Below, in pieces: positions 9,965 through 24,100 of a stretch of DNA of 64,000 bases; position 1 is the stretch's first letter, and the number at the start of each line of letters is the position of its first letter. The stretch covers positions 155,827 through 219,826 of the forward strand of contig JAHDYR010000033.1 in NCBI GenBank assembly GCA_019828565.1. Reading direction: 5' to 3'. The notes beneath the pieces were generated by a model, which ran no database searches, had not been told where the DNA came from, and saw only the letters and a program-made list of their open reading frames with translations. Both the position numbers and the translations under genes were made by a program. This stretch comes from Carpediemonas membranifera BICM (Eukaryota > Protista > Fornicata).

Positions 9965-11717
9965 ATGGACTTGCTAAAGTGGATTGAGAGCGCTAGCAAG
10001 GAACAGTACGATGCGATATTGGCTGCATACACCAAGGCAACCACCAATCATGCCAAATGTGCTGTCCTTCGCGCGGTTTTGCTGGATGAACGGAAACTGC
10101 TCGATCTAGTCATCAGGAAGCGTTTGTAGTCATAGCAATGCTTATATAGGAATCAACCTGAACCATATCACCACGAAATTCCGCCTCACGAAGAACGAGA
10201 AGGAGGAGCTCCATGATAAGTTGAAGAAGCAGTTTATGGCACTCGCCGGACCAAGAAGTTCCAAGAAGCTCGGCGCGCTGGCGAAGTGGGTTGACGACAA
10301 CCAGGCTGATATCGTGTATAGCAAGGAGAAGCGCAAGGCGCGTAAGGCCATTATTGAGGCCATTGACGCCGAGGAGAAGGACAAGGGCAAGGGCAAGGCC
10401 GAGAGCGCTAAGAAAGAACCCGTCGACGATGAGAGTGGCGTGGACAGTGGTGAAGAGAGCGGCGTCGACGATTCTGAGTTGTGCGACAGTGAGAGTGAGG
10501 TGGACTTTGACAACGAGTCCGACGATGAGATTAGAGAACGCGCGATCAAGCGCCGGCGCGAGAGAAAGATCGCCCAGAAGCTCAAGGAGTGGGAGGACAA
10601 TAACGCTCGCAACTACGTCCTGTGGCATAGAGTCCAGAAGGAGGTGCACGGCGAGCTTCGCATTCGCGCCTCTCGAGAGTCAGCTTCGGTTGCTGGGGAC
10701 AACCACGTCGACGTCCAGTTCGACAGATACCTTCGCGTATCCAAGCTGCTCGAAATGAAGGACTGGATTCACAAAGACCTCCCATCTCTTCCGATGGAGG
10801 CACGAGTGCTCCATCACAAGGCGCAGAAGAGAGTACTCGAGCTGGAGGAGACCGTCACGAGGCTGCTGCAAGACGTGGGGTACGCAGCTGACATCTCCAT
10901 GGGTGCCAGCCCGACACCCGCGCCGTTTCGCCGCGACCTACCCCAGTCGGGCACACACCAAGCACGAACGAGTACCCCCCGCCGTACGGGGAAGAGCGAC
11001 ACAATCCACATGAAGCGCAAGGCCCTCATGACAATCCCTCAGAAGATCGCTGATGTCGATAGCAACTCAGAGGAGTCAGACGAGGAGGAGATGGTGACAG
11101 AGGAGAAGAAGCGCGAGGCACACGAGGAGGTGGTGACAGAGGAGAGGAAGGGTGAGTCACATGAGGAGGACGTGACCAAATGCGACGCCTGCATCCAGAC
11201 TGAGCCGGAGACTCAGACTCGCATCACCTCTGAGGCCGCGGTGCAGACGTGCATCAACGCGGAGGCTCTCACGGCTGGCTGTACCGCGATTCATGTCAAG
11301 AGTGACGGCAACTGCGTTGCATATTGTCTCCAAGCCATTGAGTTGGGTGGCCGAGTTGATGGCGACTTCGAAAAGTGGCAGCGTGGCCTCTGCCAGTCAG
11401 TGAAGGCCAAGTACTGGTCTAAGAAGAATTTCACGGAGCGTAGCCTGACAGATCCGGACTCCGGCTACTATAACTCGAACGCCATCCGAGTCTGGGCGAG
11501 GAAACAGAAGCGGAACATCCTTGTTGTCCAGTCATACGACGGATACAACGGCATGCAAGGCATCTCCGCCATCTTATACCTGTTTGATGGCACCACCATG
11601 CTTGCACCCGATGCAGACTTGTGGGGGTTGACAGATAATTTCGCTATTGTCATCGAAGGCGATCCGGCTCACGCCACGCTGTACCAGAAGAAGTGCGAGG
11701 TCGTTGAGATTGAATAA
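9965..11717 (+). CDS. OTU-like cysteine protease/deubiquitinase with coiled-coil and acidic N-region (unit 1); intron 10122-10149
   Basis: VKSDGNCVAYCL and distal IVIEGDPAHATLY; removing the 28-nt GT..AG intron joins ORF 9965 to ORF 10221 in frame. Confidence 0.75.
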
Positions 11718-11832
11718 AGATTTGGATATGCCCGTGTAGCCAGCGGTTCATGACCTGCAGCAGACATTTGGACGTACAGCGGGATACCACATCAATTAGG
11801 TCACTTGCGGGCTAAGATTGTCGTTGTCGATC

Positions 11833-12758
11833 GTCATTCACCGGAGGAGCAGGCCAGAGTCACTTGCCATCTGGCGCATCATGAGGAGATATTGGAATGT
11901 GATGATGTGTTTATTGACTAAATGAGCTGGAATTAGGCGGGTTTGATGTTGCTTACATGTTCTGTGGCATGCCTGATGTCCAAAGATGTATTTTGGCACA
12001 GTGATGTTGTTTAGTGTGCTCATTGCTGACCGCATAGTTATCTGACTTCAATGTGTCGTGTTGATGGCAAGAAATCGATGGTAGCTCGCACGTTTGAGGT
12101 AGTTGCTTGTTGCATCGATGCAACGCACTTTAAGGATTAACCACCTGCACCCCATAGCCGTTTCCTAAGGCCAGATACGGTCCTCTGTAGCGTATATACA
12201 CGCGTGAATTGGGACTAGATGGGACTAGATGCAGTGTTGTGGCATGATCTGCCAGATCGACCAGCCCCTGGATCACTTGGGCCTGCCTCCGTGCCCGGCC
12301 TGTTGCGATCAATGATGGTGATTACTTGCAACGAACGCGATCACCGGAAATTACCTTACCTTACCTTACCTGCAGGTACCATGGGTGTTCGTTTTCGTCT
12401 CCAAACGCCATGGTGTAAGAGCATAAAGTGCATTTTCTGTTTACTGTGCCGTTGGGGATTGATGGCGCTGGCGTAGGGGTGCTGTGTGGGCGCCAGGGAT
12501 GACGGCGCCAGGATGAGGGCGCCAGGGATGAGGAGTACAGTATTTGAACCCCGAAAACGCCATATTACCAGCACCAATGAGCTTCATCAACGAAGATGCG
12601 CTCACTGGTGCCGGTTATGGCGTTTTCGGGGTTCGTCGATCATTCTGCTCCCAAATCTGCACCTGTATTTTCGTGAGCATGCCCGGGAGCTGGGCCAGAC
12701 GAGTGGTGCCACAGGGACTAAGCTCCGCTGCTCAGCCTCTGCCAGGCGACACTCGTCT
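11833..12758 (+). repeat. Unit-1 right-end block (short array plus hairpins)
   Basis: Duplicated in two pieces at 6142-6565 and 4146-5146. Confidence 0.9.
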
Positions 12759-12759
12759 C

Positions 12760-13287
12760 AATCATCTCAGCGACGTTGGCACCGTTGACTGACGAAGCTT
12801 GCATTGCACGCGTGGAGTCAACGGACATAGTGGGCTGCTCAGCGGTCTGAACAGTGGGGTGGGGGGTGGGGACGGCAGGATTGCGGCGCGGCTGGCACAC
12901 CCGGAAGGCTCTTTGGGAGCTGTCGAGCTTGGAATTTCGCAAATGATCAATTTCAGCGTCAGTGAGGGTTACAAGCTGGCTGAGTCCGGCTATCAATGCG
13001 GCACGCCCTGTATCTGTCGCGTGAATTCCTTGGTAGATGCCCTTCGTGTTAGGAGAGAGTTTGCGGCCAGCAAGGTTCTCGATAGCCTTGGGTACTGACC
13101 TCATGAAGTCCTACTTGCGCGGCATGCGCTCTAGAATAGTTTTTGGGAGGATTGCAAGGATTGCATCCGCGATGGAGCGACAATCGCATTTCGTGCTTCT
13201 CTCTTCCCAACGATAGCATGTTGCGATGATTGTGTGCACAATATCACGCACAGTATCTCTTGAAAGCCGCTCCTGGTCTTCTACCAT
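12760..13287 (-). pseudogene. Truncated gene, possibly N-terminal homologue of the PHD proteins at 39981 and 51000
   Basis: ATG 13287, one in-frame TAG near 13111, cut by the 12758 block; weak similarity RDIVHTIIATCY..CRSIADAIL versus RSFVTAVVSSVF..ARDIHKVL. Confidence 0.4.
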
Positions 13288-13341
13288 ACTGCCCCCCTTT
13301 TGTGGGGGTGTAAAAAAACTGAGTGCAGTTTTAAGTTGGAA

Positions 13342-13557
13342 ATGGAATCCTACAGGTATAGAGACTATTACGAAGAGATAGGAACCGTTATAGCTGCAAT
13401 TGATGCAATATTAGCACATCCAGGACTGTGGGCGGTAGCAGAGCGTGTTGGAATGGATAGATTAGCAAGAGCGAAGGACTTACTCAATATAGAGCAAGAA
13501 AGGGCCAAATGCGGGATTCCGCCATCAAGTTCAGAAGAGTACAGTGATTCACAGTAA
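13342..13557 (+). CDS. Small helical hypothetical protein
   Basis: 71-aa ORF divergent from the 12760-13287 gene, same arrangement as 52319-52534. Confidence 0.4.
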   Translation: MESYRYRDYYEEIGTVIAAIDAILAHPGLWAVAERVGMDRLARAKDLLNIEQERAKCGIPPSSSEEYSDSQ

Positions 13558-14088
13558 ACCGTAGCGATCTATTGAGTTATATTCAGTTCTGGCCATGTTC
13601 GGCTTTTCCGGAATGTCAAAAATTTGACACGTCCATTTCTCCAAATTGCTGATTGCCAACGCTAGACCAGACATGCCAGGCTGTAGTACACGTGCTATAC
13701 TACAACGTGGTGGTTCTGGTTTGCCGTTGGCAATCAGCAATTTCGAGAACAGACAAACTTCTTTTGCGATTTTTGCAACTTCTGGAGCATATATCATTTG
13801 GTACAGACCCAGCCACGCAATAAAAACGCATAGCGTGGCTTACCATGGTCGGAACTATCCTAAAAAAGTTTGCGGTAAATATTGAGTAAATATTTAATAT
13901 AGATCTCGAGATTTAACGTCCCTTAGGTAGCCCTTGGATGCAAACATCCGCCCAGTAAATTTCGCTGTACAGCTCTAGCCCAAGACAAAAATATGAGGGC
14001 TCGAAGTTTTGGCCTTCTCAGAAAAAGGTGGCAGTATACTGCTACTTTTCTTTGCTTGAGTAGCTGTATTACACCCCCTCCAGACAGC

Positions 14089-14637
14089 ATGACAGCTGAG
14101 GGAGCCCTCCTGGCGCTGAAGCGCACTCGAGAGCCGGGTGCCACGGTCTCTCGTGATGTGGTGGTGGACCTCCTCAAGCGCGTGGTGATGGCAGGCCGAC
14201 ACCCAGCCATGTTCTCGCTGCTTATGGCGGCTGAGAACCGCGGTGCCTCGCGCCTGACCGCCACCCGCTCCCGCGACTTCGTTCGGGCCTATTGGACCTG
14301 TGTCCGGCTTGAGCATCTCCCGGCTATGGAGCTTGCCATGAACAAGGAGCTGTTCACGCTCCAGCTCACGGACACGTCCGCCGCGTACGGTGTGGTGGAG
14401 GTCAAAGAGCACATCGAGCTCTACGAGAACGCCCGCCAGGAGGAGTCGTTCATCCTGCTCGTCCAGTTTTCGGGCTATCCGCTGCCGTCACTGACCTTCC
14501 TGACCCAGGATCTTTGCCGCACCATGCCTGTCACTCGTTATCTCAACGAGCATAACTTATGGCGTCGTGTTCGTCGGCGCTGGGAGCATGACGGCATCTT
14601 CTTTGAGCTTGGTGACAGCCTTGGTGCCATTGAATAA
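14089..14637 (+). CDS. Protein with C-terminal chromodomain-like region
   Basis: AYGVVEVKEH...FILLVQFSGYPLPSLTF resembles Y.VE.I..H...YLVKW.GY....TW; GC3-rich codons. Confidence 0.55.
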   Translation: MTAEGALLALKRTREPGATVSRDVVVDLLKRVVMAGRHPAMFSLLMAAENRGASRLTATRSRDFVRAYWTCVRLEHLPAMELAMNKELFTLQLTDTSAAYGVVEVKEHIELYENARQEESFILLVQFSGYPLPSLTFLTQDLCRTMPVTRYLNEHNLWRRVRRRWEHDGIFFELGDSLGAIE

Positions 14638-14666
14638 ATCAGATTGTGACTCTCTCTGGGCGCCAT

Positions 14667-17600
14667 TTACTTGGCCCTTCCCAGGAATACATCCAGTGCT
14701 TCACAACCCTTGACATTCCCATATGGTTCCCATGTGTCCTCTGACGGCTCATATCCCAGCCATCTAACCCGGAACTTCCTGTCTCTCATCCTGGCCTCAC
14801 TCGTCGACTCTAGTATGGACTCGACCAGATATTCACCGAGCGTGACTGCCGCGAGTTCCTGAGCCCGTTGCTCGGACAACTCACCCATAAAGGCGCGAAC
14901 TCTCCGAGGCGACTTGGAACTCCTTCTTTGTGTTGACATCCTTGACGACATAGCCCACCGTGAGGTTCTGCCTCACGATAGGACGCACTAGCTTCATAGG
15001 CCCTCGCCATCCTGACGCCAACTTGGACGGCGGTCCATTCGGGTACTTGACCAACACATAGTCGGACGAGATAGGTGTCGTTGCTGACACTTTGTCTAGC
15101 GCATCTTGGTGCATGACCTTGATTCTCGCCTCTGCCAAGTCTCGGGCTAACTGAGCTGCTTGAACATTACTGCTGGGCTGTCCAGCCATACTCTGGACGT
15201 CTGCCATCATCACGTCTGCCGGGACACGGAAATCGCTACCGAAGATGACCTCGGCCGGTGTTAAGCGTGTCGCGGTGTGGGGAGACGCGTTGACGATATA
15301 CTGCGCGACAGGGAGGGAGTCTGACCACAACTCGCTCCGAAGCTGGTATTGCCTGTTGCGTAAAATGCGCTCAATGCGGCTGTTCGCCCGTTCCACAATG
15401 CCGTTTGACTGTGGATGGTACGGGGTGGTGACGTGAGTAGCAAACCCTACGCGCACCGATAGATCTGTGAATAGCTTGTTGACGAACTGCTTGCCACCGT
15501 CTGTCTGTAGAACTCTGGGCACGCCGTACCGGAGAATCCATCCGTTGACGAAGGCAGTCACAGCTTCGTCCGCCCTTGTGGACTTGAGTGGGACGAGCTC
15601 GGTCCACCGCGAGGCCATATCAATAATAACTAAGATGAACTTGTACCCGCGAGACTCTGGTAGGGGGCCAATAGTATCCATGGCTACCCACTGGAACGGT
15701 CGCAGGCTCGCCGTGTGGAGGTACGGTCTGGACGCCTCGGCCGGCTTGGCGGTAAGTTGGCACACGGGGCAACGATCCATGACCCGCGCTACCCTATCCA
15801 CTGGAGCCCGGAGCCCGTTAGATCTCAGCCACTCTACCGTCGTATAAACCGGGAGGTGGGCCTGGCCGTGCATATGAGCTGCCTGGATCTCGTCATCGGT
15901 AGCTGTTGCCTGTCTGGCAGTTGCGGAGAAGACTCGACTCAGCCCGTCCGCCGCTCCGTTGTCAACCCCGGCCACATGCTTCACTGTGAAGTCTAGGTCT
16001 GCGATTGACTCGTACCAACGCTGGACTTTTTGCGTTAGACGATCGTGACATGTAGACCAGGTTCCGGTGGTCAGTGAGGAGAGTAAACGACGTCCAGCAC
16101 AGGAAACGGCGCCACCTCTGGAGGGCGGTGACAATCGCATACGCTTCCTGTTCGATCGTGCTCCAACGCGTCTGCACATCTGAGAACGCGTGGGACATAT
16201 AACACACCGGCTTGCCGTCCTGGAGGAGAACACCCCCGATCCCGAGATCAGACGCGTCTGTCATGACCACATGATCCTTCGAAACGTCAAAGTGCTCGAG
16301 TGCCGGTGCGTGGCAGAGGCGGTCCTTAACCTTGGCCAGCGCCTCTGCCTGAGGTAATCCGTCCGGAGCCTCCTTGCCGCTTGCCGCCCGGGCTAACGGT
16401 CGGATAAGCTCGGAGAAGTTAGGAACAAAGTCTCTCATAAAGTTGAGGAATCCCATAAGGGCCTGCGTGGCCTTCTTCGTCTTCGGTAGCCGCAGGCCTT
16501 CTACATCGCGGATCCTGTCTGGAGCAATCCGGAAACCCGAGCCGGACACAACCCATCCTAGGAACTCCACTTCGGCTAGGCCGAAATGCGACTTCTCCTT
16601 GTTCAACGATAGCTTGAGCTCGTCACATCGGCGGAGCACCTTAGCGAGATTGGCCAGATATTCCTGCTCCGAGCGTCCAAAGATGATAATGTCATCTATA
16701 TATATAATGCAGGCGTCGCCTAAGAGGTCCTGGAACCCGCGCTCAATCGCGTACTGAAAGTGCGCGCCAGCGTTCTTCAGGCCGAACGGCATTCCGGTGT
16801 ATTGGAACTTCCCACGGGGGTCATAAACGCCGTGTATTGCCTAGAACGCTCGGTCAGCTCGACCTGGTGATACCCTTTCGAGAGGTCGAGAGTGGCGAAG
16901 ACCTTGGCACCAGCAAGCCTGGTCAAGCACGTGTTAACCTCGGGGATCGGATAGTCGAATGGCGTGGTCAAATCATTGATTCTGCGGAAGTCTACGACCA
17001 TCCTGGTCTTGTCCTTGCCCTTGGGGACGAGCAATGCTGGAGAAGAGTATGGCGAGAAGCTGGCCTCGATGTATTTCTTCGACAGTAGTTCGTTGACGTG
17101 CTCGTCGAACAGGCCCTGCTTCTGGTACGGTATGTAATTGGATCTCGTGGCGACGACGCGGTCCTCCTTGAGTACGAGGTCGTATGGCTCTAATGCTGAG
17201 AACCCTTCTCGAGCATCAAAGCAATGAGCATAAGCTGCGAGGATGCGGTCATGAGTGAGAGTGTAGTCCGAAGACAGAGTATACGCCTGGAGCGGCTCAG
17301 GCTCTGGCACGAAAGGCTCCAAGGCGTCTTCATTGTCAGACTGAGACGGTTCACACAAGCTGGGGAGAATACCCCACTCGACCATGGTCTGATATGACAA
17401 GAGGAGATCATAAGCACAGTCAACCCCATACGCGGAGACTGTGGTGGATAGACCTTTCGGGGTGAAAGGTGACTTACACATCTTCAACGGCACCTCATAA
17501 CACGTATCAGTCTCGATCGTTCCACCCGGAGTCTTGATCTTAATGGGTGCAGCGAGCTTCGTCGGAATGAGCTCGGCCGCTCTGGCGGAAGCCGGGTTGA

Positions 17601-18755
17601 CAAGAGAAATGTCAGCACCACAGTCGAATAAGACACGGTGCCATGTGGTAGATTCGTCGCTACCCATAGGGACGACGGCACTCACGACGGGTAGGGAGCG
17701 CTGGCCTTCAGCCGCCGACGTAGAAACAGAGACAGAGAAGCATGATCTGGGGTTTACCTGACAGAACTTGTCTAGGTGCCCCGACTTGCCGCACTTCGCG
17801 CACACGGCCTTCTCTCTGGTGCATTCGAAAGCGCGGTGGTTCGGCCTGCCGCAGTTAAAGCATACGATGTCTCGCTGGTGACCGTGGTGTTGCGTCTGCT
17901 GCTGACGCTGACCGTGACGTTGGCCTTGCTGGTGGAAGTGCGTCTGATACTGGCGGGGCTGGTGTTGCTGCCGCTTGTCTTGGCGCGGCTGATCCTGAGG
18001 CTCGCGCTGCTCACGCGGGGGGCGTTTGCGGACAGCGGACTGCTTAGAGCGTTCGCGCTCTTGAGCAGGGGCAGGCTTGGACGTTGAAGTGAGCTTGATT
18101 GCTTCCTCCAGACGCTTACATGTCAGGAGGGCGGTCGAAAAGGTCGCATCAAGTGACAGACCCTTGGAGGCGTGAGAAACCTCCTCTCTGAGCGTTTCGT
18201 CTTGGATTCCGCGCAAAAACTGGCCGCGAAGGACTGAATCCTTGCCCGTGGGTGCAATGAGACGGCGGCGGGAAGCGAAGCGGTCGATATAGAGAGATAG
18301 GCGGCCAATATCGATACCAGTGGTCGATAGGTCGAAAAGGCGGCGCTCAAGGATCGCATCGGAGGGCTTAACAATGTCCACAATCGCCTGGAATACGATG
18401 TCCTCGCGTTCGTGCTTCGTTCTTTTGGAGCCATCATCGTGATGTTTTGCGGCCTGATACTTTCTGGTAATATCAGTACCCATCGCCTTGCAGTATGAGG
18501 TCACCGCGGGTCCGAGTCGCTTAAGCAAGCGCCTCTTTCCGCCCGCGCGAACATGCTTATCCAATTTCTCGGCAAATGAGAGGACTGCGTGAATCTCAGG
18601 CTGTGTACATAAAGGTCCCTTATCCATTAGTTTGGAAGTAAGCTTACTGTGATCACTAAGGAAAAAGACTTTACAAAGAGAGCTCGACACAAGGGTGTCG
18701 AGCTGGACGGATCAAGACCGTATCAAATACGTATCTCATATATAAATGGCTGACA
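14667..18755 (-). mobile_element. Ty3/Gypsy chromovirus A (gag-PR-RT-RH-IN-chromo), frameshifted; 5' LTR present, 3' LTR not found
   Basis: Two CCHC knuckles, LFDCGA, LDLSKGYHQ, YIDD, TDASD, DTIGP/TDGG/VER, EYLVESI..VRWLGY..DTWEP. Confidence 0.96.
18696..18755 (-). repeat. 60-bp 5' LTR of element A
   Basis: TGTC..GACA termini; abuts the DLSKAFHQ codons of element B; similar to 25782-25837. Confidence 0.8.
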
Positions 18756-21003
18756 GACCTATCCAAAGCGTTCCACCAGATCATAATCAACCAGGACTCG
18801 CGCAAGTATACCGCTTTTGTGGCTGGTGGGAAGAAATACCAGTATAAGCGGATGCCCTTTGGGCTTCGTAATGCTCCCATCCACTGCCAGAAAGCCATGG
18901 AACACATTCTGGGTCAATCCCTTTATACTCAGTGTCTCGCTTACATAGATGACATTGTCGTCTTTGGAGCGAACCGTGACGAGTTCCTGAAGAATCTGGA
19001 GGACGTGTTAGCTCGCATCCACGCGGCCGGTCTGAAGCTTAATCCTTCCAAGACGGTCATTGGAGCGACTTCCATCGACTATTTGGGCTGGCGAGTAGAC
19101 AAGGACGGTAAGCGGATCTCCCCCGACCGTCTGGAGGCCATCCATGATCTCAAGGAGCCGACTAGTCTGACGGACGCCCGAGCCTTGCTCGGGTTCGCGA
19201 ACTACTTTCGAGCACTCATTGAGCGTTACGTCGATATGACTGAACCCATCACCGAGCTCACCCGAGCCGCCGAAAAGTTCGTTTGGGGCGACCGACAACA
19301 TGACGCGTTTGAGCAGATTAAGCGAGAGCTTCTACTGCAGCGCACGCTGGTCCACCCCTGTCCCGACGAACATCTCCACATTTTTACGGACGCATCAGAC
19401 TACGGCATTGGTGGCGTGCTGATGAACGCGGAGTTTAAGCCCATCGCGTTCTTCGCCAAGACGCTCACGCCCCAACAGCGCCGTTGGTCTACGATAGAGA
19501 AAGAGTGCTACGCTCTGTACTTCGGTACTACCAAGTTCAGACGCTATCTCGCTGGACGAGACTTCACAGCTCATCTAGATCACCGTAACTTGGTCTACAT
19601 GGACCGTTCCTTGAATTCCAAGGTGATTAGATGGAGCCTCGCGCTGTCTGAGTACTCATTCGACATCGTACACGTTCCAGGTTCCGACAACTCTGTAGCG
19701 GACACCCTGTCCCGCCTCGTTCACCTGGACGAGACCTCCGTCGAACCTTCCCCTCCACCCGAGGCGCATCGGGAATCCTTCCAAGAAGCACATGGCGGAG
19801 ATGCTGGTCACCTTGGCCGTGATGCCACCTGCAAACGCATCATAGCCGCCGACAAGGGCTGGCCTGGCATGCGCCGGGACGTTACTGCCTGGATAAGACA
19901 GTGCCCTGTTTGCCAGTTGACACGCCTCAAGCTTTCACCGTTTCCCCAAGCGACCCATCCCATGACCGGCAGCCGACCCTTCGAAGTAGTGGAGGCCGAC
20001 ACCATTGGTCCCCTCTCACTGCCCGGGCAACACCGCTACGCGGTTGTGATTATCGACACGTTTACTAGACTCACCCAAGCCTACCCCCACGAAGAGCACG
20101 GACGCTGTATCTGCACGTTCGGCTTTATCGACATGGATGAAACACTATGGCTCCCCGACATGTTTGATTACCGATGGTGGCTCACAGTACCATAACAGAA
20201 CCATCAGAGAATTTTGCCAAGACCACGGTATAAGACACGAGATCGGTACGCCTTATCATCCTGCGGGACAGGGTGCTGTTGAAAGAGCGAACAAAGAGGT
20301 GAAGAGACACCTACGCGCCTGGATTCTCGAACATGACGACGACTGGGAGGACGCCTTACCACGAATCACGAATATAATCAACAACGCACCTCTAACGGCC
20401 TCCAACCTGTCGCCGTACGAAGTCCTATACGCCAGGGACGTTCACGAACCGACTAGACAACCTTCCCTCACCGTCGACCACTTTCGTACCACCCTACGCT
20501 GTTTACAGAGCAGACAACGCGCTGTCGGTGGCCAAACTCCAGCGCAGAGCCATCCAGCGAGTCATCTCCTTGGATCCGCCGCCATGATCCAGCGCAAAAC
20601 TGCCATAGGCATCGTACCCCGGGGCCCGGTCCGGGTAATCTCCACCAATCCCGACCGCCCCAACACCTACGTCGTTCAAGACCTCACCACTGACCACCGC
20701 CTGACAGTACATGCCTCTGAGCTTTACCAGTTCGAGGGCAGCTACACTGACGCTGAGCTCAAACACTGGGCAGCCCGCAACGAAGGAGAGTACGTGGTTA
20801 GGAAGGTTGCTGACCATCGCCGACAAGCGGGCAACCTTCAGTTCCTCCTCTTGTGGGAGGGCTACGATGACGACGAAGGCACATGGACCGATTACAGCCG
20901 CGAAATCGATGGATTAGCTGCCCTGGACGCATACATTAATGAGCATCCGAGATTGAAGCTTCCATCGCTCAGGAAGGGACGCCACGCCGGTAAATCCCCC
21001 TGA
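18756..21003 (+). mobile_element. Ty3/Gypsy chromovirus B, 5'-truncated pol (RT-RH-IN-chromo)
   Basis: DLSKAFHQ, MPFGL, YIDD, TDASD, DTIGP, TDGG, EYVVRKV..LWEGY..GTW; one frameshift near 20090. Confidence 0.95.
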
Positions 21004-21143
21004 GACGTGTGCTGTTGATGTTGTTTGATGAAGAAAGAAGAGAAGAAGAGGAAAAGTGATTGCAATCACGAGGATAATGATAATGAACGCAAATGATCAC
21101 CTAAGAGAGAGAGAGAGAGCGTGAACTCGCCGAAACGAACTAA

Positions 21144-24100
21144 TGTGCCCTTAACCTGCGGAATTCGTAAAACAGTCTTTATCATATTTCTGGGCCCTAG
21201 CACGGCACAGTATCGATACTGCCGATTCAAATGAAGACTCTTACAATTGACACCCCGTTCGCCGTCGAGAGAGCACTCCAGGAGTACCTCTCGGCGATGC
21301 CCCACGAGAAGAATCCAATTTCGTTCTTTAGGGCATTGTCCCCCGAGACAACAGAAAAACTTCGCGCCCAGTGGCGCCCAACCACTCTTTTTGACACTTT
21401 CGAGGACCTACAACGAACCGTTCTGTCCGATTCCGATGCTCGCCGCGCGGCGAACACAAGCTCTGCCAGTACTGCGGCACGAGCCCGTACAACGAAGACC
21501 GACAACCTCACCGCCATCTGGGTAGAGGAGGTACAGAAGACCATAAGAAAAGCCACGTTCGCCGCCTGTAGCGAGTGTGCAGCTAAGCACAAGGACCCCA
21601 CCCTGACAGCAATGACCCGGGAGTGCCTTGAAGCTCAACATCCCCAGATACTGACTGACTGCGGCAAGAAGGCCCGCGACTTCTTCACCCAGCTGACCGA
21701 CGACCACGACATCGCAAACGTCGAGACAGTCGCACGGCCTGGCAACCTGACCGGCCCGGACGGCGAAGACGTCTCGGTGGCGTTCGTGTACATGCCCCCA
21801 GTGCCCGAGGAGACCAAGCCCGCCCCCTCCTCGGCGGCTTGGCCAGTCTTCGATGGCGGGGACGTCTACGCTTTCCTCGCCAAGGAGGCGACCTCCATCG
21901 CCCCCTACCTCGCATATACCCTCTTGACTAGTACGGACCCGGGCGCAAGAGCCAAGCTCCTCAAGGCAAAGCTCGACAACATCACGCTATACGGTCCGGA
22001 GCCCCGGCACCGAACGGCCGTCGAGAAGGCACGTAAGCTCATAAGCGCCCTCAACCCAGACATCAAGGACGTCCCCACCATCTCCGCAAAACTGCTCGAG
22101 CGGATCATTCGGGACTTCGCCACTAGAGGTTTCTCCAAAGAAGCCGAGGATGTATACGAAGAAGAGATTGAGGACTACTCCGACAAGATCAGCGAACTTC
22201 TCGACAAACTACGCGACTTGGATGTTGATCACGACGAGAACATCATTATCCCATGGCGTGCCTTCAGACTCGCCAGCCCACAAGCCGACAACAACGAGCA
22301 GGCGTCGGGCACTTCAGGCAGGAAGCCGCTCGCTCGCAGGCTCGATGGTCGCGATCCGTTCCAGCAGTTCAGGGACAAGACCAAGTTCCGCATGCCTCCT
22401 TCCCACACGAGATACTGCACACAGCATGGCTGGAACCCGCACCACGAGACGAAGGACTGCAGGTTCCTCATCAGACGGGAGGCTTACAAGGCCCAAGAAC
22501 GCCAGCCACAGACCGAGAAGCGTCAGGAACGCAGACCCGAAGAGCGGCAAAAGCAGCCCGGCAACCGCGCACGCCCTGTGGCGCCCACCAGTCACCAACA
22601 GTCGGATCGCCGGGCCGGCCGCATGGACCTCCGCCCCTCGTCTACCCTGAAGAACCCCCGCCGCGTCGATGAGGTGTTTGACGCGGATGAAGCGTCTCAT
22701 TCGGAGTTGGAGAACGAAGTCTACGAGATCGAGGACATCATACTCGACAAGGACCCGGTGAAGGTCCCGGCTGTTATCAACGGCCAGCACATGAACGTCA
22801 AGTTCGACATCGGCGCTTGCACGTCGGTCATATCAGCCCCTGCCCTCGCAGCGATCCCCCGACGTGACCCTGATACCGACCTCAGTCGAACTTCTCGGCG
22901 CTGGGGACGATATCATCTCCACTGGCAAAGCCGCCAAGGTCTCGCTGACCCTCCCCAGTGTCGACGGAAAGACCGTGACCACCACTGCGTTGCTCATGGT
23001 CACGAAGGGCCAGAGGAAGAAGGTCCTCATTGGACGCGATTTGCTCCGCCGCCTCGGCTTCCTGCTGAACGACCGGCTACTAATACCGTCCGCTGACCCG
23101 ATCGATGACGACGACGGCCTGGGACAGCACCCCTACCTCGACTCGACAACAGAAGAAGTCGACCCCGAGGAAGAGTGGCGCAAGGTTAAGCTGCCGACCG
23201 AAGAGAACCCGGAGCTGGCTGCCTGGCTGACCGACTTCCTTCGCGAGCGCAAGGCCGTGTTTGGCCCTCTACCTCCGGATGGCAGCAGGATGCCGCCACA
23301 CGAGATCGTCGTCGATCCAAGCCGCCCTACACCCAGGGCCCGACCCAGGCCGTTGAAGGGTGACCCGGGAAACTCAGCCCTCGCGGAGATCGACAAGATG
23401 CTCAACCAGGGCGTGATCCGAGAGAGTCAAAGTCCGCACTCTAGCCCGCACGTCATGGCAAAGAAGAAGAGCGGCGAAGACCGCTTCTGCATCGCTTACA
23501 ACGTCTTGAACAACGCCACCATCGACGACCTGTACCCCACGCCGGACATCCGATCGTTTGTACACGAGGCGAGCGGATGCTCCGTGTTCGCGGCGCTCGA
23601 CCTGCGCAGCGGATACTGGCAGCAGAACATGGCAACCGATAGCATCCCGCTCACCGCATTCACCGTCCCGGGCGGGCATTACGAGTTCTTACGTACACCA
23701 TTCGGGCTGAAGAACGCCCCAGCAAAGTTCCAGCGAGCCATGGACGAGATGCTCGCTGGTATCGACGGTTCGAGAGCCTATATCGACGATATCTTTGCGT
23801 ACGCCCGCTCCATTCAGGATTTCAAGTCGACCCTCACCCAGATCTTCGACCAGTTGGAAGCTTACGATATCAAACTCCGCGCCGACAAGTGTGCCATTGG
23901 CATGAAGGAGGTTGAAGTCTGTGGGTTTATAGTCAACGAGTCTGGCAGGTCGGTTTCCCCTCACGTATCGCAGCCATCCAGGACCTCACACCCCCAACGA
24001 CGACAACGGAGCTGCGCCGCACGCTAGGCAAGTTCAACTATCTGTCAAACTATATCCCACACCTCGCCCACGCATCAGCCCCGCTCAACGCCCTCCTAAA

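Noticed and set aside
22855-22870. Programmed gag-pol frameshift in element D
   Set aside because: Falls inside the protease domain at a C run; element C has gag-pol in one frame
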